Assembly: GCA_051294375.1 (NCBI GenBank)
Contig: CM119271.1
Span: 8,790,692 to 8,854,691 of the forward strand
DNA from: Paraspadella gotoi
Lineage: Eukaryota > Animalia > Chaetognatha
DNA: 64,000 nt
Reading direction: 5' to 3'
The notes under the pieces: generated by a model
Seen by the model: the letters and a program-made list of their open reading frames with translations, nothing else
The model's database searches: none
What the model was told of the DNA's origin: nothing
Program-made: the position numbers and the translations under genes
Part shown: in pieces, positions 13,571 to 27,199 of the stretch
Position numbering within the stretch: position 1 is the stretch's first letter
Layout of the letters: each line of letters starts with the position of its first letter

Positions 13571-16500
13571 TGAAACATTTCTTTAAATATAATACGAGCT
13601 TCCATTGATAAGAAGCCAGGCGTAGTACTCTGGGATATTGAATAAACCCGTCTGTGAGACGAGAGTTCTTGAATTGAAGGGCTATACAGGGTCCGCCTAA
13701 TCTTCTGTTTTGGAGGGCTTTAAAACCACCGTTAGCCTGTTCCCCATTGTCTCCCCAAGTCCACGGACTCTCAATTATAGCTATTTAGTATTAAGAATGA
13801 ACTCGCGACTAAATTGTATTTCCTCTTGGTTGTACCAATTTCATATATTCCCAGTTCACTTTCGCTTATCTGTCTCACAGAGTCAATCACCCACCTCCTC
13901 ATTTTACATCGTTCCCCTCCACAGACCACTGCGCTAAGACTTTTCTTCACACCCCCCCTCTCCACCGCTCCAACAGGCTATCGAAGACGAAGAAAATCCC
14001 CCAAGAAAAAGTCAAGCGAGAAACTTAAATTGGGGAAAATAACACAAATTTAGTTTTAGAAACACGTGACCCGAATTGGGACGTTCGTCTCTTCATTATT
14101 TCGTCGATCGTCGTCGATTGTCGCTCGTCTTTAAGCGGTCAATATCTCAGCTGCCTTGGCCGACTTCAACATTTTAAGTCGTTGTTGTTATCGTCACGTC
14201 CTTGTTTGTCATGTTGTTATTTATTCTTTTTTTCCGTCTTAAAGAGTCACTTTCCTACAATCATCTTCCTTTTTCGTCCAATACGTTGCCGTCAGAAAGA
14301 ACCAGTCTATAGGAGCGTCACTCAAGAGATAGTCCCGGTTAGCGGTTCATCAGAGCGTCACAGGTCGCCGTGAGCGTGATAGTCGTCGTTCTTCGTTTTA
14401 ATAAAAGTTTTTCTTCATCGACTTATAGCGCGTTAGCGGTCATCTTCGTCGTCGGTTGGTCGTCTTTCCTTCGTTCGTTAGTAGTTGTCAGTTCGGGGAA
14501 TCGTCTCAAAAAGTCAGAGAGAGTTCGAGTCGTGAAGTTATTGATTTTTTGACGCGTTAGATTGATTGATACGTGTTATCAAGGTTCCACGCCCCTCAGT
14601 GATTGAAAATTCGATTTTGATTGATTGATTGAAATTGGGCTTTAATTTATTTTTTATTTATTTGATTGATTGATGTGAATTTGACTTGATTGAACTTGAC
14701 TTGATTGACTTGACTTGATTGATGTGAATATTATTTATTTATATTATTATATTAATCTATTTTATTTTTGATTGATTGATTAATTGATTCGAATTGATTT
14801 GATTTGTTTATTGTATATTATTTTATTTATTTATTATTTTATTATAATTGACATTGACTTTGATTTTATTGAATATTGAATTGAATTGAATTGATGTTGA
14901 TTGAAGTTGACTGATTTATTTATTTATTTATTTATTTTATTCTATTGATTTGATTGATTTATTGGGATATTTGATAGATTTGTTGTATTATACTTATCAT
15001 ATTATTTTATTCTCTTTTTTTTTTTCTTTATTCATTCATTAATTTTCATTCATTCATTCATTCATTCTTCATTCATTCATTCGTCCGCCGCCCACTTATG
15101 CACCGAGAAGAGACACCGCGTTGATCTACCGCCTCTCCCTTCTCATCAAGCTCGATACGCCAATTCTTTCCCATCGCGAAACGGTCCTTTAATCATATTT
15201 TTTACATAAAATTATTTACAAAGGCATAAAACGCGCGAGGACTCAAAGTTCTCGAAAACGAATAAAGTCGGCGTTTCGAATGATTAATTTATTTTTTTGA
15301 ATGCGACAGTCCTTTAAAAAAAAAAAAATTAAAAAAAAAACTTTTGAAGAATTGGAAAAGACGAATTCGAGAGAGAAATGACCACAAAAATGACAACAAA
15401 AAATCTTTCTACGACTCCGATTTTTTTTTTTTTAAAAACTTTTTGAAGATTTAGGTTTTTTTGTGTCAATTTCTGTCGATTGTGCTTTAGTTTGAAAGGC
15501 GGTATTTTCAAAAGTTGGTTTAAAATCTGAGCGTGGTTGAAATATTATCGATTGCGGTTGACCTTTGAAATCGGAACAAATTATTATAAAAATAATTCAA
15601 TTTTATCAACTAAAAACCTATCTCGCCCCTGGCTTTAGGTCGGACTATGTTGGGTATTTAAGCCTCTTTTCCTCTTTCTTACAAGTGCATAACAAAAGTA
15701 GAACCTTTCCGGGTTTCAATTAACACCGATCTCTCACCTGTCTTGTTTAATTAAAAGCCATGAGTTTGTTTTGCTACCGTAATACTAAATGAGGGGTAAT
15801 ATATTGATAGTTTATATAAATAATGAAATAAAATTTGGATAGAAACCAATAAAAAAAATTTATCCATAATTAATAAATAGGCGTAGTCTTGCCTCTGACT
15901 TTTGAGACAGGCATTTGACGTGGCTTTTCTCTAAGCCCTCCATCACGTTTAACAAGGAAGATAATGACCAACATTTATCATTTTCCCATGCCAAAAAGCT
16001 TTCATTCAAAGACTCTCCTCACGTATCTTCGTTTATTCACACCAGAGTTACCTGGCTTTTCCCTACTCACATGAAAGTGGATATAACTATCTTTCAAAGA
16101 ATGTCTATTTAAACACACTCCCTTTAAGTATGTTAATAAGGGATAATAATTTTTTTTTACACGTTACGTTGCTTGGGTTCTATCAAATTATTGGATTCGA
16201 TCACCACACACTTGCAAAAATAACTTCAGTGCAGATCAGAATTTCTTTCCCCCCGCCAGACTCTTTTTAAAACGACATTTTAATGACAATCAAACGTCAG
16301 TTAAGAAAAAAAACTTGAACTAACATAATCGATGCTTTTTTGAATATATGATAGGAGAAAGTTCAAATGATCAATTTAATATTGGGGGCTGTCTTGTCAG
16401 ATCAAACGTCTCTCTCTCTACTCACTCTCTCTTCTCATCTCTTCCTTCTCCTCTCTCTCTCTCTTCTCTCTCATCTCTCGTCTCTTCTTCTCCTCTCTCT

Positions 16501-17788
16501 CCTCTCTCTTTTCATCTACCTAAGTCGTCATATTTTCTGCTCTTCTGCTTTGACGTCTCGGTATATTTTAAATTCCACGAAAGTTGAATTCGCGAAGAAT
16601 TCCCGTCTACCGCGATCCAGAAATCAAAAATTCGTCAAAAACAAAAAACAGACGAAGAGAGAAGAGAGAGACGGAGAGAGAGGGGCGCGAGAGAGAGAAC
16701 GAGAGAAGACAGGCGAGGAGACTCGACTGACGAGAAAGAGAGTAGATGGGTAAGAGAGATGGGAGGAGGACGGACGAAGAGAGAGAGAGAAGAGAGTCGG
16801 GAGAAGAGAAGAATAGTTCGAAAAATCAAATCAAAAGTACTTTCAATGTGACAGATAGAGAAAGAAATTAGCCAGAACCGAAGAACGATGACTATAAATT
16901 TTTAAAAGCGCGAAGTATGTTAAATGAAACATTTACATGGCGTTTGCTTTAAGCTTGAAAAAAAAAACTACGAAGCAAACATGAAACCTTGATGAGTCAT
17001 TCGCAAATGAGGTCGTTATTAAGAGCGCCTGTACTGTACGTTCCGTTCGTTTGTCTGACAAAGTTGGAATGAGAGAAAAAAAAAATGCGACATCTCAGAT
17101 TGACTTCTCTGTGTTCAGAAAGATATATTGGTCTTAGATGGGGAGCAATTAAATTTTTTTTGGTCAAATGTAAAATCGATAACACCATGACTGAAATATT
17201 TAATTTGTATTTATGTGTTTCCAATAGGAACGAGCCAAGCCTATTAGAAAGAGGAGGAAATAACGAGATCTTATCTTTATTAGACTCTGTTCTACTCTCT
17301 TCTCTTTCTCTACAGCCATATCTCCAAATATAAATCAATCAAAAACGATTTTACTGACACGATTAGTGAGAACGAGAGAAGGAGGAGAGAGAGCGTGAGG
17401 AGAGACGAGAGAGAGAGCGTGAGAGAGAGAGAGAGAGAGAGAGAGAAATAGAGAGGGGAGTTGAGGAGAAGAAGAGAGAGAGAGGACTTTAATCTCGCGG
17501 AGGCCCCTATCGAGCAATATTTTCTTTAAAGCCGAAAGCTCAGGGCCCCAGATTATTTCGACCTCCTCGATTAACAACCCCCATTAACTTTGGCGTTGTA
17601 ACTTCAAAAAGCCCAGGACGTTGCGATTAGTTTCGACGGCGGGGCAAAGACACCGATCCCCACAGGAGAACATCAAAAAAAATCTCTTATTTGATTTAAT
17701 AACCGACTACGCGTCGGGGCCAGAAGACGAGAGAGAGAGAGAGGAGAGAGAGGGAGAGAGAGAGAGAAGAAAAAGAAGAGAGAGAGAT

Positions 17789-17820
<32 letters not shown>

Positions 17821-19470
17821 GGAGACGGAGGAGAATGAGAGAGAGAGCAGAGAGAGAGGAGGAAAGAGAGAGTTTGAAGTTTTTACCGCCGTTGCAACTT
17901 TTGTTTGTTTATCCAATCAATTACCGAATGGTTTTACGAGATTTCGAGAAAAAGTTAATTGTGGGGGGGGAAGGAGAAAAGAGAGAGAGAGACGACGAGA
18001 GAGACAGGAGACGAGAGAGAGAGTAGACGAGAGAGAAAGAAAAAAGAAAAGTAAAAAAAAAAGAGAGAGGTTCAGAAAAATAGGGAGGAGAGGGGCAGAG
18101 AAAAGGCTGGCAGAGAACTGAGGAGCCCGCGGCGGGTTCAGCGAAAAAAACAAAGAGATAACTAAGCTGAGACGCCGAAGTCGGCAGAGAGAAAGATTTT
18201 ATTTTTCTCGGTCGCTTTATTTTTTGTTTTTTAGCCGGCTCGACCGGCTTTTTTAAGGCGCGCATTTTTCGTTAGCTTCGGAGATTTCGTTTTTAACGGA
18301 ATAAAAAACGGTCAGACTTGCTGGAAAGGCGTCATCTGCTGTGTTGACCGAGCGAGGCGAAGACAACAACCAAATAACAAAGACGACGACGACGACGACT
18401 AATAAAAACAAATAGACGACGACGACGACGACGCACGACCAAGACCCTGTCTCCGTGCTTCGACAACTCACCAAAAATCGTATCAGAAACCGAAGCAAAG
18501 AAAAACAAAAACAATAAACAAATCACAAATTCTTTATCTCCGCTTTCCATTCTCGAAAAAGCCGAATTTGGTTTCATCGTAAACAAATGTTGCGGGGATT
18601 TCTTTACATTCGCGGAACCCACTTGTTCTCGAAAGCTCGAGAGAAAAAGAAAGGAATCCGAAGAAATATTTTAATAAAAAAAATGGAAAGAACGATTCAG
18701 AATATTTCCGGAGGAATATTACGCAAGGGAGGAAAAAATAAAAGATTACCACATGTGAAGAGAAGACAGAAACAGCGACGAGCTCGAGGTGTTGCCACCA
18801 GCAGTCATAGTGAATGACTTTTTTTAGGAAATTACACGGTTAGCGAGCAAATATGATTGCAATGTACATATTAAGGGCTTTAATGGTACATATAACGCTT
18901 TTGCATAAGATATTGAACTTAATTGATCGTTGTGGTTAACCGAGTTAATGGACATTAAAACGGACAGGAACCGACCTAACGACAATAAACTAAGAGTTGT
19001 TCAGCGAGTTACTCGCGGCGCAACTAAACATAAGGTGAGTGGGGAGAATTTATATTGAAACGCAGAGAGACAAACCCAAAGGTAAGACGAGGGTGAGGAC
19101 AGAGGAGGTAGTCAGGAGAAAGGGGGGTGAGGTGAACGAAGAGGAAGAAACGCGAGGGAGTGGGAAGATTATGATGATGATGATGATAACGATATTACTA
19201 AAACGCCCGGGATGAGGAGAAACAAAGCCCTAGGGCCGATCCTATTTTGCGGCCCTCCTGCTTAACTTTATAACTATAAACTATCGATTAATGTAAAGAA
19301 TTTCAACAGTAATTTTATAAAAAATACTAGTGTTATTTAAAAATATATTTATTAGGGTATCCTAAATGACGAATACTTTAAAATATGACGAGCCCCGGCG
19401 GGGGTTTACCGCCAGATACTAATACTATTTCTACTCCGTGTAATTGTACCATAATTTCTCGCCTTTTCTA
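13571..19470 (+). repeat. Noisy direct re-copy of ~8310-13570 (probable uncorrected long-read gap fill)
   Basis: Colinear throughout, with dense 1-2 nt insertion errors, and ends at the 25-N gap 19473-19497. Confidence 0.9.
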
Positions 19471-19682
19471 CTNNNNNNNNNNNNNNNNNNNNNNNNNCTT
19501 TCAGTTTTACTACATCTACCAATGAGCAACGTTTATTTTATTTATATACAATTTATCTGTAATGCTGTATGCCCTTTTGAATGTACTGTTTCAACTAATT
19601 GTTGTAAACGAATAAAACACATATATTAATCGCACGAAACAATGGATAAAAAGTGTTATTCAATTTAAAATGAAATTTAAAT

Positions 19683-19738
19683 AGACGCAGAGTGATGAAC
19701 GTGGAAGAGAGGAGGTAGAGGAGAGAGAAAGAGAGAGA

Positions 19739-19783
<45 letters not shown>

Positions 19784-21120
19784 AAGAAAAGTAAAAAAAA
19801 AGGAGAGGATGTCAGAAAAATAGGGAGGAGAGGGGGGCGAGAGAAAAGGTGGGAGAACTGAGAGCCGCGGCGGGTTCGCGAAAAAACAAAGCAGATAACT
19901 AAGTGGACGCCGAACGTCGGCAGAGAGAAAGATTTTTTTTCTTGGTCGCTTTTTTTTTGTTTTTTAGCCGTCGACGGTTTTAAGGCGGATTTTTCGTTAG
20001 CTTCGGAGATTTCGTTTTTAAACGAATAAAAAACGGTCAGACTTTGCTGGAAAGGCTCATCTGCTGTGTGACGAGGACGAAGACAACAACCAATAACAAA
20101 GAGACGACACGGACGACTAATAAAAACAAATAGACGACGACGACGACGACGCGAGACGACCAAGACCCTGTCTCCTCTCGACAATCACCAAAAAATCGTA
20201 TCAGACAGACCGAACAAGAGAAAAAACAAAAACATAAACAAATTCAACAAATTCTTTATCTCCGCTTTCCATCTCGAAAAGCCGAATTGGTTTCATCGTA
20301 AACAAATGTTGGGATTTCTTTACTTCGGAACCCATGTTCTCGAAAGCTCGAGGAGAAAAGAAAGGATCCGAAGAAATATATTTAATAAAAAAAATGGAAA
20401 GAACGATTCAGAATATTTCGAGAATATTCGCAGAGGGGAGGAAAAATAAAGATACCACATTGAAGAGAACAGAAAAGCGACGAGTCGAGGTGTTGGCAAC
20501 CGCAGTCATAGTGATGACTTTTTAGGAATTACACGGTTTACCGAGCAAATATGGATGCATGTACATATTAAGGAGCTTTAATGGTACACTATAACCTTTT
20601 GCATAAGTATTGAACTTAATTGATCTGGCGTTAACCGAGTTAATGGACATTAAAAGGACAGGACCGACCTAACGACAAATAACTAAAGAGTTGTTCAGCG
20701 AGTACTCGCGGCGCAACTAAACATATAGGTGAGTGGGGCAGAATTATGATTGAAACGCGAGAGACAACCCAAGGATAAGACGAGGGTGAGGACAGAGGAG
20801 GTAAGTCAGGGAGAAAGGGGGGTGAGGTGAACGAAGAGGAAGAAACGCGGAGGAGTGGGGAAGATATGATGATGATTGAGATAAGATATTACTAAAACGC
20901 CCGGGATGAGGAGAGAACAAAGCCCTAGGGCGATCCTATTTTGGCGGCCCCTCCTCGGGCTTAACGCCCTGGGTCTATACACTAAACTATCGATTATGTA
21001 AAGAATTTCAACAGTAATTTTTAAAAATACTAGTGTTATTTAAAAATATATTTATTGGGTATCCTAAATGACAATACTTTTAAAAAATATGCGAAGCCCC
21101 CGGCGGGGGTCTTACCGCCA
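19683..21120 (+). repeat. Third copy of ~11537-13570
   Basis: Starts with GACGCAGAGTGATGAACGTGGAAGAGAGG as at 11537 and is colinear thereafter. Confidence 0.88.
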
Positions 21121-21327
21121 GACTACTATACTATTTCTACTCCGTGTAATTGTACATAATTTCTCGCCTTTTCTACTCTTTTCAGTTACTAACATCTAGC
21201 CAATGATGCAACGTTTTATTACAATCTGTAATCTGTTGCCCTTGAATTATTTACACTAATTTGTAACGAATACATAATCGCACGACAAGGATTAAAAGTG
21301 TTATTCCAATTTAAATGAAATTTAAAT

Positions 21328-22114
21328 AACGAAGTAAAGATATTAAAATTATTTAACCAGGGGATGGGTCGGGAACGAAGACATAGTGAAGTCTATACCA
21401 GAACGAGGTGGGAAAATATCCTCCAACGCGGAAGGAGCGACTGCTTGAAATTTTGACCGAACCAGACGGGCGGGGCAGGTCAAGGGTCGCCGACGAGTTG
21501 GTGACACGCTTATTAAATGAACGCCTCGCACACGTAGTCGAGCAATGAGAAAAGAGAGTCGAGGATCGAATCCAAACAATGAAAACTAGCGATTTGACAG
21601 ATGGAAAAAAAAATCCAAAAAAACGTAACGATCCGAACGAGTCGATCGCTCGTCTGGATTTTCGATCACAGAATTTATCACCTTGTCGTTCGAATTGACA
21701 CGACGTGACTCCCCGGCCGTTCCACTTCCCCTTCACTGCGACTGCTGAACCGTCCACCCTTTCGCCTTTGTCTTCCTGTGGACCTTTTTGGATATCGCGT
21801 GACCATGGGTTTGAGACGTTTTTAAACTTTTATTTTGGGCCTAATGTTCATTATCTAATAATACAAATTAACAAAATATAAAAGAACCCGCTTACTATTA
21901 ATTGATCGTGTCTCCATTCCCCCCTCTCTCTCTTTGCTTTCTTTTTCTCTCTTTACACTCTATCATCTCTCTTCTCATCTCTCTGTTCTCTCTCTCTCTC
22001 TCTCCTTCTCTGTCTGACCTGCCGTCGTCTAGGAATAACAGTAAAGTTCAGTTCTGTGGTTGTGGACGTTTGAATCTCGATTCTTTGGGTTGGCGGTCCT
22101 GTGTCTTCAATTAC

Positions 22115-22158
<44 letters not shown>

Positions 22159-22162
22159 CTCG

Positions 22163-22193
<31 letters not shown>

Positions 22194-23805
22194 CTTCTTT
22201 GCCCTTGTGAAACGCCGTTTTGTTCTGTGTTCGGTTTTGAGCGGATTTTATGACTCTCTCTCTCTCCTCCCTCTCACGAATCCGACCAGTTGTATTGCCC
22301 TGCCCCGCCACCTACCGATTCCTTTACCCCACCTCCTACTTCTTCTACCTTACCCTCCCCTCCTACCCCTCACTCCTCTCAGAAAACCGTTGACTCGGGA
22401 AGGTAATCGATTACGATAGAAGGAGCAACAACAACATATCAACAACAGTACAATGATATTTCCGCAGACTGCTTCTGATCGTTTCGCGGTTTTCGCCCGC
22501 AATGGTATTATCCCTTGTGTATTTTTTATGGGACTTATCTCCTTCTCCTGCATTTCTCTCTCTCTCTCTGTTCTCTGCCTCTCTCATCTCCGGCTCCTCG
22601 TCTCTCTCTCGTCTCCTCTCTACTCTCGCTCTCTCTCTCTCTCTCATGTCTCCCTCTTTTATTGATTTTTATTGGCATGTTCCGTGCGTCTGTTGTTCAG
22701 GGTTCAAGCGTTTAAAAGCCGTCCGATCACTTTGGCGACGTGCAGAAGTCAAAGTTGTAGTGATTTATGCCGCTCTGTCTCGTCTCGTGTCTCTCTGCTC
22801 TCTCTGTCTCTCTGTCTTCTCTCTCGTATCTCATCTTTCTATCTCTCTCTTCTTTCTTCTGATCTCGTCTACTAGGTACTTTTATTTTTAAAAAACATCT
22901 TATATTTCAATTATCATGGCTTACGTGTGGATTCAACTTTCTCACGGTCCGTATCAAATCTCTCGACTCAATAATGAAGAATACCTATCACTTAACTACA
23001 ATTTTAAAAAGAGACCTTTACAACATATTGACATGAATAGTATTTGTAAAATTACCGGTCGAATAAATTCAAAACAATCTCAACGAAATTGGGACCAGTA
23101 TTTGGAATTGAACTTACATCGGAAAATCCGTGCATTCGTATAGTAATAGTTTTCATTTTTTAAATTTGACTAACCTTCTTAACTTAAACACGTCCTCANN
23201 NNNNNNNNNNNNNNNNNNNNNNNACGAAGTAAAGATAATTAAAATTATTTAACCAGGGGGATGGGTCGGGAACGAAGAGCATCAGTGTTAAGTTACTATA
23301 GAACGAGGTGGGAAAATATCCTCAACGGGCGGAAGCGAGCCGACTGCTTGAAATTTTTGACCGAACCAGACGGCGGTAGGGTCAAGGTTCGCCGACGAAG
23401 TTGTGCACGCTTATTAAATGACGCCTCGCTAACGTAGTCGACAATGAGAAAGAGCATCGAGGATCGAATCCAAACCATGAAAAACTAGCGATTTGACAGA
23501 TGGAAAAAAAAATCCAAAAAAACGTAACGATCCGAAGCGAGTCGATTCGTTCGTCTGGTTTCGATCACGAAGATTTATCATCTTGTCGTTCGAATTGACA
23601 CGACGATTGCGACTCCCCGCCGTTCCACTTCCCCCTTCACTGCGACTGTGAACCGTCACCCCTTTCGCCTTTCCTTCCTGTGGACCTTTTGGATATGCAT
23701 GCACCACGCGGTTGAGACGTTTTTAAACTTATTTTGTGGCCTAATGTTCATTAATTAATTAATACAAATTAACAAAATATAAAGAACCCGCTTACTAAAT
23801 AATTG
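21328..23805 (+). repeat. Direct duplication 21328-21900 / 23224-23805 across a 25-N gap
   Basis: ACGAAGTAAAGAT..AAAATTATTTAACCAGGGG...AAAGAACCCGCTTACTA occurs in both copies with indel-type differences. Confidence 0.88.
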
Positions 23806-24159
23806 TCTTTTCCATCATCTCTTCTTTTTTTTTCTCAAAAAACTATACAATCCTTAAACAAACCGAGAACCATCTTTTCCCATTAAAATCAATAATTACA
23901 TACTTAACATTTAAAGTTTAAAACCCGACGCCACGTCAGGTCGCGTCTCGACGCGCAGTCTCGAAAAAAACACGGCGTAGCTAATTTCGCAATATCCGTC
24001 ATTGTTAAAAACGGAACGACGCTAAAACCGGTCGCGGACGGGAATAGAGAATGAAGACAGAAATCGTTAAGGATCGTTATTGGTTCGAAAGGTGATCTAG
24101 ATACTCGAACACTTGACTTAAGCAATAAACTTCTAAACTAAAACGACAGGTTTTAACGA

Positions 24160-24290
24160 AATTGGTGCAACCAATAAAAAAAAAATTGTCCATTCAATGC
24201 ATAATTATAAAATAAGCTATCTTGGGCCTGACTTTGAATCGGCTATGGTGGCTCAAATCTCCCATCACACTTACGAGATAATAACCTAGC
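24160..24290 (-). repeat. Family A repeat, partial copy
   Basis: AATTGGTGCAACCAATAAAA...GCTATCTTGGGCCTGACTTTG...CCATCACACTTACGAGATAAT matches 10160-10280. Confidence 0.75.
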
Positions 24291-25872
24291 AGCTTTCTTA
24301 TTTTTAATATTTCATATTTTTTTCAAAACTTTCCTCATTACTACGAAACATTAAATAGCTTTTCTCGGCCGATTCGAGATTTTAAAATAATGAAAGAACA
24401 ACTTCGGCCACCCGGCTCAATTTTCAATTAATGCTCCCTCCCTTTTTCGTTTTTTTAATATCAAAAGGGGAAGCATTAAACTTCAATTAAAGAAAATAAA
24501 AAATAATAAATCGCGAACATAAAGAAAAAATAAAAATAATTCTTGTCCGATACGATGGCGTCGCTGCGGGCGGCGGCGACGGCGGCGGTGGGGGCGGCGG
24601 CGGCGGCGGCTGGGAGAAGCGGAGTTCTCGGTGTCTAACGTCGACGTGCGTCGGAAAAGAAGATGGCTAGCGTCGGCAGCGTCGGCAGCGTCGACAATCA
24701 GTCCTTAGAATTAAGTTCCTTTTTAAGTTTAAAGAAAAAATTAGATAAGGAGATACGGAATAGGGGAAGGTTTAGGGTTAGGGATCAGTTTAATGTTTAT
24801 GTTTATGGATTTTGTTTTGGTTAAGGATTAGGGTTAAGTATTAGGCATTAGGTTAGGGTTGCGAATTATTGTTAGTTAAAGCTTGGTCAATGTATTAAAA
24901 AAAAAAGATTAAGGGTTAATTTTTGCATTAGAATCGAGTTCAACTCAGCGTTGTTGAGAAAACAACAGCAACAATCCGTTCCTGGCCAGAGTCGGCATTA
25001 AGAATGCTGGTCTTACATCGAAGGCAGAGTCGGCAGCCTCGTTTTCGCATTCCGCCGACTCCGCCGACGCTGGCGACGACATCGACGACGACTACGACCC
25101 CGTAAATCAACTCGGCTGACGCAAAGGCCGATTCCTTCTTATCACCGATTGTTAATTAGATCCACAAGTTATCACAAAAGTCAAAACGATCTCTCGTAAA
25201 TCCGCCTTCCCTCCGAAGAGGGNNNNNNNNNNNNNNNNNNNNNNNNNNNNNNNNNNNNNNNNNNNNNNNNNNNNNNNNNNNNNNNNNNNNNNNNNNNNNN
25301 NNNNNNNNNNNNNNNNNNNNNNNNNNNNNNNNNNNNNNNNNNNNNNNNNNNNNNNNNNNNNNNNNNNNNNNNNNNNNNNNNNNNNNNNNNNNNNNNNNNN
25401 NNNNNNNNNNNNNNNNNNNNNNNNNNNNNNNNNNNNNNNNNNNNNNNNNNNNNNNNNNNNNNNNNNNNNNNNNNNNNNNNNNNNNNNNNNNNNNNNNNNN
25501 NNNNNNNNNNNNNNNNNNNNNNNNNNNNNNNNNNNNNNNNNNNNNNNNNNNNNNNNNNNNNNNNNNNNNNNNNNNNNNNNNNNNNNNNNNNNNNNNNNNN
25601 NNNNNNNNNNNNNNNNNNNNNNNNNNNNNNCATAATTGCCAGGTTCGTCTCCGTAAAACTTTACGTAGCGTCCACTATTTCCGTAAAAGAAAATTCGATT
25701 GATAGGGTACATCTCTATTTAATACGCACTTTAAATTTAAAAAGAAATATTGTTACTACCAGTACTATAGTAATACTACAACTAAGCAGGACATGCCTTT
25801 CTTCTAAACAGTTTGATCAGAACGACATATTTTGAAGACACTCGCTAGAAAAGCTACGTTAGCGCGGAACAA

Positions 25873-25912
25873 CCGGACGCCGGACGCCGGACGCCGGACG
25901 CCGGACGCCGGA
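25873..25912. repeat. (CCGGACG)n heptamer tandem repeat running into a gap
   Basis: More than five perfect units before the N run. Confidence 0.9.
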
Positions 25913-26545
25913 NNNNNNNNNNNNNNNNNNNNNNNNNNNNNNNNNNNNNNNNNNNNNNNNNNNNNNNNNNNNNNNNNNNNNNNNNNNNNNNNNNNNNNNN
26001 NNNNNNNNNNNNNNNNNNNNNNNNNNNNNNNNNNNNNNNNNNNNNTTTTCTTTCTCTCTGAAGCCGAAATCGACGTCTGAGTTTGACGTAAATTCGAGAG
26101 ACGAAATGGAATAAGTTGACGGCGACGACGAACGAAAGACCAGGATATTTATGGTGCGGGCATAAGCAGTCCTTGTCAACGAGATGAATTGTTANNNNNN
26201 NNNNNNNNNNNNNNNNNNNNNNNNNNNNNNNNNNNNNNNNNNNNNNNNNNNNNNNNNNNNNNNNNNNNNNNNNNNNNNNNNNNNNNNNNNNNNNNNNNNN
26301 NNNNNNNNNNNNNNNNNNNNNNNNNNNNNNNNNNNNNNNNNNNNNNNNNNNNNNNNNNNNNNNNNNNNNNNNNNNNNNNNNNNNNNNNGATTGATAGATT
26401 GAATCTTTCTTTCATTCTTTCTTTCTTTTCTTTCTTTTTCTCATTTTTTAATTCAATATTCATGGTAATTATCCTTTCTTTTTCGTTGTTTGAGAGATTA
26501 ACAAAGTTTGATTTTATTTTTGCAACGAATTTTATTTTTACAAGA

Positions 26546-26586
26546 GCAGACATGTTTCGGCTCACAGTACGAGTCTTCATCAGCGC
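26546..26586 (-). ncRNA. Minimal type-I hammerhead ribozyme motif, Penelope-like element (pLTR) type
   Basis: Minus strand reads GCG-CUGAUGA-A-GACUC-GUACUGU-GAGCC-GAAA-CAUG-UC-UGC. Both catalytic boxes are intact, stem II has one A-C mismatch, loop III is the palindrome CAUG, the cleavage triplet is GUC, stem I is GCG/UGC, and AAUAAA signals follow. Confidence 0.72.
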
Positions 26587-27011
26587 ATATTAATTTATTT
26601 GTATTATTTGTTAATTCAATATTCAATTACGTGTATTAATCATTCATTTTAAATGTAACACCGTATCGTAAACCGGACTTTTCCACCTCAGACATACGGA
26701 TCCAGTCGAAATGGATTCGTATTTCTCTTTCCGATCGCCCAAGGGGGCTTCGGCGATCGAAAGCCTTCAAAGCCAAACGACAAAAATCTTCTTTTTACGT
26801 CGCTTTTCCTTTCAAATTTTCCCGCCAATTAAATCCTGGGATAAATTTTGAAGGTTTTATTACTGATAAGAATCTAGAGTCTTCTTCTCTTTTGATTTAT
26901 GCTGGGTGAGTTTGGTAGGGAAAGTCTCTGAGTTAAGGAGGAGGGGGGGGAGAAGGTGAGTTTGAAGAGGTTAGGAAGAACGGTGTTCAAAGTTGGGGAG
27001 TGAGACATGGT

Positions 27012-27071
<60 letters not shown>

Positions 27072-27143
27072 AGGAAAGAAGGAAAGAGAGAAAGAAAGAA
27101 AGAAAGAAGGAAAGAGAGAAAGAAAGAAAGAAAGAAAGAACGA

Positions 27144-27199
<56 letters not shown>

